From Ramazzottius varieornatus (lineage: Eukaryota; Animalia; Tardigrada), in contig BDGG01000006.1 in NCBI GenBank assembly GCA_001949185.1, positions 102,979-166,978 on the forward strand: a stretch of 64,000 bases of DNA, written 5' to 3'. Shown in pieces: positions 53,611-64,000 of the stretch; the first letter of the stretch is position 1; each line of letters starts with the position of its first letter. The notes under the pieces are model-generated. The model made no database searches, had not been told where the DNA came from, and was given only the letters and a program-made list of their open reading frames with translations. A program made the position numbers and the translations under genes.

Positions 53611-56600
53611 CATAAGCAGTCTGCCGCTTTGTCGTCACTGGTCGGTCTCCACTTTCCAGGTTCCTTGTTGCTCCACACAGTCCAGCTGCACAGTAAGGTA
53701 AAGTCGTTCGATTTTACGAATTTCGCAGCTGATGGAATTTTGTGTTTGCCTGTCTGCTTACTCTGCCAACACGCTTTTGAGGTGTGGAATGAGGACTTTG
53801 AAATGGCTGCATGCCTGCTAGTAATTTGCGAGCTCGAAGAGGCGGCAGTCCGTACTCTACTTGCTCGGAATATTGTAACAATTTTTTGCCACCGCACTTT
53901 AGCATGTCTAACGGCGAATTTTTTCTTTTGCAGGTACACAACTTGATCTAACCAGCATCAACCGTTCATTCTGAACCGTAAAAAGTCTCTACAAGTTTTA
54001 ATTCTGCCGTGGTAGTGACAACAATTTCGCTCAAGCGACGAGAACGCGGCGACTAAGTCCACCATTATTGAGCTCTGCTCGTTGTCCATCTCGACCTTGG
54101 AAACTGACCGTCCATCCAGGATACTGCTTCGTCCTCTTGATTCTTATTCTCCTTCGGATCTTTCAATGCGGCCATGCTTTGGGCTTTTGGGACGGACATT
54201 GGTGGACATTACTGACAGACCATGTGGAAGAAGCTTCTAAAGATCCTCAAAGTTCTGCGGGAAGAAACTCTCCGCTGATTTCCCCCCTGCATCACTATAA
54301 TCATTTGCAAGACTAAAAGACGACCGGTTACGGTGTAGTCCTCGTGCCGTCCTATCAACCTATCACCTACAACAGGTAATTTTTGGAGCTCTTGTTTGGA
54401 ACTTGGCGTACCCCCAATTGGCGCACTATTGATCGCCAGGCGAAAATTTCAGCAACAGTTTGGGAGGTAGGGTAAAGTACTTGACACTTTTCTACGGTAT
54501 TGGTAGCGACTTAGGCGGCATCCGGCACGGCCAATACATTGCCTTGCTTTGGACCATCGTAGAAAAGTGTCGAGAAACCCGCATCGGCAACGTTTTTATT
54601 GATTGACCGAACCGGGACCACGTAACAATTTGGAGCAAATTTGTAGCGGCCAGTCTTTGGCCGGATAGTGAAAGTTCAAGTGCGGAATTTCCAACATTGA
54701 GATGATTAATGATAGCGGAACATTGCAGAATTCAAGATGAGGGCTGATTTCATTGCCAGATTTGTGTTGCATAAGGCTGACATTCCGACGTAGGCTAAAC
54801 CATAAATTCACCCATTGAGACGCGGTAGGTAAGATATTAAGCCTCCCACCTGTCACACTCCTGTGCCAACGTAGCGCCACAGTGGTCAACTTGAATCTTA
54901 GTTCCTGCTTCTGTAAAGCACAATCTGCTGCCAAACATGAAAAGTTAAGTGGATCAAAAGTTAAGTGCTTAAAACCCCAACGTTGAGAGGGGAAATGTGC
55001 TGAACAGCGTTGAATACCATTCCAAAACTTGGAAAGAGGAAAAGAGAGCGCTAAAGTGTTGAATAGCATTAATTCAAAGCCAATGTTTGAGGATTATTCA
55101 CCCAGTCAATGACATTCGACGCAAATCCCATCGGCTACACAAATACATTTTGACAATATACCCAAAACCTGCCTTCTCTGCCGGATTTCCATTTCGATAT
55201 AATTCTGGCCAGCATTGACGGGGAAATTTGATTTCGTTACTCAAACGATCCTGATGCTCTTTGTGAATGTTACATGGCCTAACATTTTCATTCCGCTGTT
55301 CCCTCCCCTCCCCTCCCCTTTGTTCATCAAACAAGTCGCCCAATAAGCCAGCAAAAACTTCTCCTTTCTTGCTTTGAGAACCTGGCTGCCCAGGTTGTGG
55401 GAACCTGTTATTGGTCAAGAGGGGAAAGTTCCAGCGGTAAGTTCCACTTATGAATGACCTTACTGTAAACTGATTCCTGTGGGTCCCTGTTATGCAGATC
55501 TTCGAGGTTTGACTTTTAGCCTGATTGAATTCAGTAACCATCAGCCCTATGATCACTGTCTACGTGCTTCGGTTACGTGCTTTCTTTCGTCAGATCAATC
55601 ATCAATAATCATTACAACGTAATATGACGTTTAACATTGAAAGTGAGTATATGTACGCTGGGCGGGATAATAGTATAGATGATAGGGGTATGCGTCACAA
55701 TAGCTTGGCGTACCTTGAGCATGAATGATGAATAGACCAATTAGTATTCAGTTATTATATCATCGCGAATTTATTAGACGGCAAACTTCCACCGCAGAGA
55801 AATTTGGTATGATTTTACGCTGGAATTCCGTTTGGAGTTGGAAGATTGAAGGTATATAGGGCCAGTTTGTCAGAGTGCCTGTAGCAACGTCTAGTCAGCA
55901 AGCCTTGATTACCCAATGGCCAAAAGTCTTGCTTGTTTTGTCTTACGAGGAAAGACGAAGGTACTTTCTGTGTTGACAAGCTCTTAACGTTAAGCCGCCA
56001 TTGTTATCTTTTGACGATGCTTCTCCTTTCAATTATGCGAACTGCCCTACTTTGAGAAGATGCCATCCTTCTGTTGCGCCATCCTTTCTGACCTTGAGAG
56101 CGGCTCGTGGAATATTCGGCTTGCAAGGTTCCCTCGGGATCTTTAGTCTTGATGCGCTTGTGCCGGGGAATATGCCTTGACATGTAACTTGGAGGTAGGC
56201 ACGCACGACCATTATGCTTCAATTAACCACGTAATGGCCAGCGATAATTGCACCGTCAGAACATGTTAGTTTTGTCGCTGATGACGATGATCAGTGGGAA
56301 ATATGTCGGTGTAAAGGCATGCTAAACAATGGAGACTGAATATATTGTGAGCTTCTTCGGGTTTGTACGGACGAGTTGCGGTTGGGCGGGGGAATAAGAT
56401 GGACAAGGAAGTAAAATGTCTGCTTGATGGAGGAAGTGTACGTTGGGATAAGGTGGCGCACTCATTCCATCTGCAGTTGTTCCGGTTATGGCGCCTAGTT
56501 TTGAATTAGTCAACAAGGAAGTTGAAGTTTTGCAGCTCCGCTTCTACGTCTTGTGCATGACGTAGGTGTGTCGGAAAGTGACGACTGGCATTTTGAGCGG

Positions 56601-56794
56601 AGCCCGTTGTGGTTGAGATGTCGACCCCAGCGTAACGGCAGCACGCAAGAATTAGTGCGCCGACTCTTGCTGTTGCAAGTTCGTGTTTTGGGGTAATTGT
56701 TAAAGATGTTGCGTGTTGCATAGAATGATAGTTTGCGAGGTTGTTGTGCTGGTTTGTCAAGAGCGTACATTCGTTGTGTTGTAGGAGGATCGCG

Positions 56795-58509
56795 ATGCGA
56801 GGGTGGTTTGACGCCTTCCGGGAGGGTGGCGGACCGACACTGTACGAGTCGGAACGGACAGCAGCCAGCCACGACAATATCCTCATTGCCATCTACACTT
56901 CCATCGGCGCTCTTTTCCTCGTCTTTCTCCTCGTCATCGTCCCAGCCATCAGGCGCAACGTACGTTTAATTGCCACCTTGACAGAAGAATAAAGTCTTGA
57001 CCCAGCCAACCATCCATTGATCATTGATGTAAGACATATCTTGCAGAAAATACCGACAGCAGTCTTGATGGGTGCCAGTCTCTATGTCCTTGCCAGTATT
57101 CTCCTGGGCCATTTCTCCACCAGTTGGCATGTCTCCTCCTCGGATATCCTGACCACCTACAAACACAGCGCTGGACTAAGGTTACCGGGGAAGATTGGCG
57201 TCAACATTGGCCTGATGTACTTTAACGTCACACTTCAAAGTAAGGCTAGTCTAAATCATCAATACAGTGAGGATGTACTGCTGCTTAGATTTCCTATAAT
57301 CAACTGGTTTCTTCATGGCACAGTGTCCGAATCGAATGGGACGGACAATTCCAATTCCCATGGGCGCAACCGCTTATTCTTCAACGAGCGGTTCACATGG
57401 AGTGAAGTGGACGAAGTGGAGCGGCAGCTACAGGCTTCCCTCCAACGCGGTTATCCCTCGCCCATCGTCAGCGTGGCCGAGACCTTGGCGCTGGATGACG
57501 GAACCTTTGCGTGGGGCCGAAGTTATCGGATAGCCGGCTATTACTCCGATGTCATCCTATGGTACGTAATTCAGCCATCTCTCTCAGGACCAGGCAAAAG
57601 AAGCAAGTGTTGGATGTCGTTGCAGGACGGCCTTGGCTTTGTGGATGATCAGCAACATCTTGTTTTCCCTGGTGCCACGTTTTAGTGGCTACTTTATGTT
57701 GCTGACCGGCGCCTTCTTGTTTCTCTGTGATGCCATCTACGCTCAACTCTTGCCCACTCCTGCCCTGACCATTCGCTTCGAGGACACTCTCCTCTTCTTT
57801 CGTTACGGCTGGTGCTTCTGGATGATCCTCACCGCCGGTTCGTCTACTCTCAATCTCACAAGATAGCTTTGCTACACTAATGTTTACTGTACTGTCGACA
57901 GGTTTTATTTGTGTATTCTTCGGCATACTGACCATCATTGCCGACATTTTCTGGCCGCAACTGATTAGTGAGATCCCGGCTAGTTGGCGCCACGAGTACA
58001 GCTCCAGCCCTGCCGTTTACAACCCACTGCTGTACTCGTCGCCCACCTCGCCCGGCAAGATGGCCATTTCCTCCTCGACCTGTCAAATTACGGTCGATTC
58101 CACGGCCGATCTCCATCATTCCCTTCGTCGCCCTCTGCCGCCCTCATCTACCCAGTGGACCAGCGAGCCCACCTCCAAAGCCAAATTTCCCCTCACACCT
58201 TCCGAAGCTCAGCTGGAAGAGATTGATCGCGTCTCCAACTTACCGCGCCACGGCTTCACCATCGCTCCGTCCACCGACTCGCTTCTCTCCAGCGGTTATC
58301 CACCTCCTTCCCCAACAACTGAAGAACCCAGTACCACAGTGGTACGGGAGGGCGGAGCGTACGTTAACCCCCTCCTGTGGGACATCAATGTACAAGAACG
58401 CCACGAAGACGCTCAAATAGCAGGACATAGTCGCCAAAACAGCGGCCTGCAGATGGCAGCTCTAGATCAAAGAAGTCAGCAGCCGTCGTTAGAGGTAACG
58501 CGACTATGA
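56795..58509 (+). CDS. DUOXA1: Dual oxidase maturation factor (moladietz/NIP-like)
   Basis: N-terminus MRGWFDAFREGGGPTLY resembles Drosophila mol (MKGWFDAFRDDGAPTLY). Also GVNIGLMYFNVTL, FNERFTW, LQRGYPSPIVSVAE, YRIAGYY and FRYGWCFW, five TM segments and an S/P-rich tail. Confidence 0.92.
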
Positions 58510-58819
58510 GTATATCCACATTGTCTCCTTGTTTGTTATCATGTCACGTTACGCTGAATCCATGTCGCTGTTTCAATTTCAATGTCTTTCCTGAAGAAAA
58601 GCTATTGTATAGTACTTTACGCAAAATCCTTATCCCTATATTCTATGCAAAGCCTTCGTTGATACAGTTGCCAGTTGGAATAAAGATGATCATCCAACAT
58701 GACTCAAGTCGCTTGAAAGGGAATGGAAGACTGTAAGCGAACGAAATTGGACAAGACTTATCACATTGTATCACAGGGGCTTTGAACATTTGGAGCTTGA
58801 AGCGGAAAGCTCTCAATGA

Positions 58820-61800
58820 TCATGGGGCTAGTTTACAAGCCAAGTGCAGTAGTCGCCCGTCGGAAAGTCGCTGAAACTGACAGTCCAGAAACTTGTGGCG
58901 ACAAACGTAACACAGCCTGGGGAAAGAAAAGCCATGGAGCTGTGATATAATTAATGCTGTGGAAGGGGCTTGTATCTCCTTTACCTTTCGTCAGAGAGGA
59001 CAATCTTCTTTCGGCGATCTTTAAAGACGGCGACAGCGGCCATGTAGGCTTGACGCTGTGCCAGGGAACATTCAATGGAGGCTAGCCGTTGGGTGTGGAC
59101 AGTTCGGCGCAGGGCGTTGGCCAGGAAGCCTTGGAGGGAGGAGAGGGGCCAGTTGGCCGGTAGCATGTTCAGGACCTTGATGGGCTCAAAGTCGGCTTCC
59201 TCATTGTTCAGCAAGCGTAGTGCCGCTTGGGCAGAATCGGCCGTCTGTTCAGCCGGCTTAAAGTAGATGCCTAGGAGGTGGTCGAAGAGTTGGCGCTTAA
59301 AGTGCCGGTCGGCGCTGCCCCATCGTCGGCAGTAGTCGATGGCTGCTTCGCTGTCTTGCATATCGTGAGCCAGAATGTACAGTGCCTTCAAGTGTTCCCC
59401 CGCCTGGAAACGCACAATCAGCCTGCACTTGGGAAAAAATGACAACTACCAAGAGAAAGGAGCTACTTTTGCCAGCAGAATGATCTTTTCGGCATGCAGT
59501 TGCGTATGTTCGATACGCTGGCTGATAGTCTCAATGTCTTTGAGACAATCTGACATCAAGAGGGCTTGTAGCTTCCGTCCAAGTTCCACCCTGTCAACTT
59601 CCGTCTTGTCCAGCTGTGACCAGTCGGTCAGCAGGTCGATGTAAGCATCAGCCAACTTCATGTACAGCTCGTCATCCTGCAAAACTGAGCATCAGACAGT
59701 TAGCGCGGCACTGTTCAGTTCACTTGACTTACCTTGAGGTGTTTCTCAAAGAGAAGATATTCCAGGAAAGCCATCTGAGCTTGGCTATGGCCGTCCAGCA
59801 CCTTCAACAGGAGCGACGAGGTTTCTTTGAGGTGGCCCGACTTGAGGACGTCCAAAGCTAGCCTCCAGTCATGCTCGAGCAGCCATGGCAAATGCCTCAG
59901 GACAATATTCCCCTCTTCCATACTGCAACGACAGCTGATTAGTTCTCTTGCTTGCAGACCTTATGGGGATAATAAGGAGGAAATGTTAGATCGATACTTT
60001 TTCAAGATGTCAGCAACGGTGTGAGCGTCAACGTCTTGTCCGTTGACTTTATCCGTGACCTGGCCGTCGACCAGCCCAGTCAGCCACTGTAAAGCGCTGT
60101 CGGGATGGCCGATTCTCAACTCGAAGAAGGCCAAGGCCACATAACACTGATGCTCTTCCAACAGCGCCTTGCTTTCTTCATAGGGGAAGATGTTTCTGTA
60201 GCTCTTGACGAAAGGCAGCAAGGCCTGATCTCTGGCCAGGGCGAAGAGCTTCAGCAAGACCAAGTTGACTTCCGGTGTAATCTGCACTATGCGCCGGTAT
60301 TCATCCAGGTAAGCCAGCAGGAAGGCATTACGCTCTCCTTCACTGATTCTTCCCCCTGAAAGGAGACAAGTTGACCCGACAGCTCTCGACTCATCTCTTC
60401 TGGTCAGCACTTACCGGTAAAAGGGTTAAGCAAGTCGTCTGCTGGCTCGGCGAAAGGGTCGTTGTTGGGAAGAAGGTCCGGACAGAATTTAAGAACTTCC
60501 TCGGGTGGAGCTTGGCTTTCCAGAAGAAGCTCTTTAGCCGACGTCAACTCGTCTTTCGACAGCTGGACGAAAGCCGCACGCTGTAAGACAGCCTTCAAGC
60601 TGGCCGCATCGTCTTGGCTGGATGAAAAGGTCCGCGCCACCTGGAGAGCCTCTTCAACAGATCGATCCTCCAGCAACGTCTCCACTTGCTCTTGCCATGG
60701 AATATTCTCCAAAGCCCAGACCTAAAGCAAGCCCCATCTTGTCGCTGTCGAAATTGATGTCAATCATGCTCTGCATTCCTTACCTGCGTTGCCGAAGCCA
60801 TCATGGGCGTCAAGCGTCCCTCCTTGCCCTCAAAGTCGGCCCTGCACAAGCACTGGCACTTGTCAAAGGGTAAGCTCTGTTTGGGCTGCTGATTGATGGA
60901 GCTGTAGACCCAGATGTCGGCTTCACTATACACCAGTATGTACGGAGAAGCGTATTGCATCTTTGTCACCAGCAGTTCCGCCCAGTTGATGGGTAAACGA
61001 GGAGCCCCTAAAGACTGCGCAGACACAAACATGCCTAACCCACCCGGACCAGATAACACAAACTCGTGCGTTTCGGAATCGGTGATAGACAGGATGACCG
61101 GTGTATCGGGATAAGGGAAGAGATTGTGCACTTCCGCTTGGCTGTGCTTGACGTTGACGATCTGGTATTCGCTGGTCGAGGCCAAGCAGACAAAGGGCTC
61201 GCTGTACACCATCTGAAGTGGCGCTTCCGGCAGTGATATCTCAATGAGTAGGGCAAAGTGGGTTTCAGTGATGCTGTGAACTTGCAGCGAACGCTTCTTC
61301 ACCACGCAGACCTAACAATAAGAAAACAGCATCCCCGTATTCCTAAAGTCCCGCACACGGCTATGGTTTACAGAGGAAAACGTGCGCCACTTCAGGATGG
61401 CACTGCAGCGCGTTATTTCAGGTAGAAAGATGTAGTACCTCATAGGAAATGAAAGGGTTTTCTGGATCGATCCTGTCGTTCAGACTGAAATGCGACACCC
61501 CTTTGACTTTCGAGGAACTGGAAGGAACAATCTGGAAACGACAATCACGCAATTAATATATCAGTTGCACGCCGACTTCGTCCAAGACGGGTTCACCTCG
61601 ACTGTGGCAGCGTCAAGCATGCCCAAGGTGCTATCGCACAAATACAAAACACGATTCAAGGTGGGAATGCAGGATACTTCGACCACCGGTTTCTTCTGCA
61701 AGGAGAATAAACTCACGAAGCTTCCGGAAGAATTACCCAATGTTACATCATTATGGCATACTTTTGACTTACAGAAGCAACTTGTTTGGAGGCTATCAGT

Positions 61801-62161
61801 TTTGATCGGTACAGATTTCGTCCTGAAGAAGATTTCGTCACCTGGATGCTATGTCGCTGAATCCACCTGTTGAATAAAGATACATGCTCGGCACTGTGAA
61901 GACTTAATATGCAAGCTATGATACCCGGCGGCTGTTCCCAAGAAGATGTGTCCATCAGCATAATCCATGCACTCAATCTACAATGAAACATATCACGCAT
62001 CTGCGAAACTATTGATAATCACAGCATGCTGGACGAAAACTGTCAATCAGATAAGCACGAGGTGCAAACACAGGAGAATCTATTGCTACCTTTGCGTGAT
62101 CGGAAGTCTTCTCGGTAAGGGAATGAATAACTGGGATGAGATCGAACGTCTTCACACTCAT
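58820..62161 (-). CDS. TGFBRAP1: TGF-beta receptor-associated protein 1 / Vps3 (CORVET subunit, Vps39 family)
   Basis: N-terminus MSVKTFDLI...IECMDYADGHIFLGT (recalled human: MSIKAFTLV...IECVECCGRDLYVGT), CNH domain (EFVLSGPGGLGMF, RLPINW), clathrin-repeat region, VLNMLPANWPL and C-terminal zinc finger CYVCRHKF...LLHLAC. Confidence 0.88.
61341..61397. repeat. Intronic palindromic element, degenerate copy D (TGFBRAP1 intron)
   Basis: TCCTAAAGTCCCGCAC...GAAAACGTGCGCCACTTCAGGA. The right arm matches the family consensus. Confidence 0.6.
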
Positions 62162-64000
62162 TCTGGCTTCTCGCTCCTCCGCTGCAGAGATCAGCAAAGC
62201 TATCTCCTTTCTTCCCTATCGGCATCGGGAGACCAACCACACGGCTCCGAACGTCCTTGATTGACAAGTCCAGTCTCAAGTTCGTGAAGATGGAAGCAAA
62301 CACAGGCAGCAGGAACTGCCAGGAAGTGGGAACCAAAATTAATGATGTGAAAGAGCATCAGATGCCAGCGATGGACGAGTGAATGGCTGAATGCCACTGA
62401 ATCAGTGTTATTTTACTATGCAATTAAAATTATTAATAGTCACGTTCTAATGTCAAGTCTACATGATCAGTTGACTGCAAATAAAATCAATTATCGCTGA
62501 CAAATTTCAATTATCAAAATTAAAATTCGATTTCGTATTATGGATCAATCTATCAAGCATACACCAACCCGCACAATTAAAATGATTTCAATTATTAAAA
62601 TTGATTTCCTATCTTAATGATTAAAATAACACTGGACGGGTGATTTCTTCAGTGAATTATCCAACACACGGGCGGCTTCGCAACCTAAAGTGCAGCCAAA
62701 CTTTGGAACGGTACTCAGTCGACCAATATCTTTCATATGAAAAAATATCTTTTCGGATGTCGTTTGAACACCAGGTCTCTTGATCATTAGAGGTAGAATT
62801 CCCGCACTGATGATAAGATTGCTCGTTGTACTGGTCCTTGACGGGTTGCAGGTGGCAGTTCCGTGATTTTCGATATTAGGCTGAATAAATCCCCCGTCCA
62901 CCGCTGTTACCAATCAACATTCAAGAATCAAGCATCACAACCATTATGCAACTGCAACTGCAACACGAGATACCCAAGGAACTCTGAATCGCAAACCTAC
63001 AGAGGAAGCTCGAGCTCCAGGCAGCACGATCCTTTACTCAGGATGCTTGTTCGATTTTTTTCGATTGTTCTAATTTTTTTGACAAATTTCTCCAAGTTTT
63101 TGATGCGTCATGAGCTGTGATTTTGGATTTGATCAATCTGTTCTGTACTAACCATTCGAAGATGTTGGCGTATTGATTAATACGGAACTGATAAACCTGG
63201 GCGGAGCTCTCGCAAAAATGGAATTTGGATTTTAGATTTGGATTTTGAAAGTATAGAAGGCTCGGCGAAGCTAAAATAAGCCGCTTTGACCGTTCTTATG
63301 CATCATTCGTGCTTACGCGTCGGCGACAGAAGACAGCAGTAAAAACGGTGTATTGGTGACGTCATCTATCGCTCTTCCAGCGGCGAAAGTTCTGCGGCTG
63401 CAGCAAGAGTTCTTGAGTACGAAAGGTCCATTACTTAGCTTTTCCCGCTCGGTTTTTCGCCTTAACTGTATTAGATGTATTTCGCAACCTACGGGAATCA
63501 GGTTGAGCAGCCTGCGGAAAATGCTTTTCTGACGGATTTTCACTTTGGCGCGTTTTGTATCTTCGTGTAACACAACCCCTTCTGTACTCACCCAGCATCT
63601 CTTGCATAGAATCTGTTGAGGTATATACTGACTGATCGAGAAATGGCTGATAACGGGGATAACGAGGAGATGCATGAAAGAAATCTTGAAAGAGCAAAGG
63701 CAGTCGGCCACTTCCGACAGGTTGTGGTCCATGACACTACATCACACCATATGACATGACCTGACCTCACATTCCGTTTCTGCCGCATCGGAGTACCAAC
63801 TATGAACGACAGGCACTTTTACGGAAAGGTGCAGAGAGTCAAAACTTAGCGAAAAAGTTGTAACATCATGCATGCGTCAGAAATTTGCGAACCGTTGGCA
63901 GCCGCATTACTTGATTGCAAACTTCTCGCCTTTGACTTCTGTGGCCGACGCGCAGGCACGAATAGGGCATTAGCCGCGGCTAAAGCAGCTAAAATACTTT

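Noticed and set aside
54596-55556. Two ~150-aa minus-strand ORFs
   Set aside because: No recognisable motif. Compatible with chance ORFs or an unidentifiable repeat remnant.
62650-62880. RSKVWLHF on the minus strand resembling a BED zinc-finger start (hAT remnant)
   Set aside because: The required CxxC and HxxxxH do not follow and the frame closes soon after.

Overview
Eukaryotic (animal) genomic DNA of moderate GC content, gene-dense, with many short (~60-250 nt) spliceosomal introns. The gene set (E78 nuclear receptor, daughterless-type E protein, moladietz-type DUOXA, myophilin/MP20) points to an ecdysozoan; the compact architecture would fit a tardigrade, but that is inference only. Twelve protein-coding genes were reconstructed by splicing the ORF fragments by hand: WDFY3/ALFY (5' part only), RICTOR, a LIM-less triple-PDZ protein, myophilin/MP20-like calponin, E78, an InaF-motif protein, synaptotagmin 1, daughterless/E protein, RNase T2, ZC3H14/Nab2, SERBP1/vig, DUOXA and TGFBRAP1/Vps3 (13 loci counting the partial WDFY3). 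Non-coding highlights are: a Tourist/Harbinger-like MITE in the WDFY3-RICTOR bidirectional promoter; a ~60-nt palindromic element with at least 6 copies, all found inside introns; a cluster of IR1 ecdysone-response-like elements upstream of E78; and a decayed Transib/RAG1-like transposase fossil. No prokaryotic-type system (CRISPR etc.) is present. All homology calls come from recalled motifs, not from database searches, and exon boundaries were read by eye.
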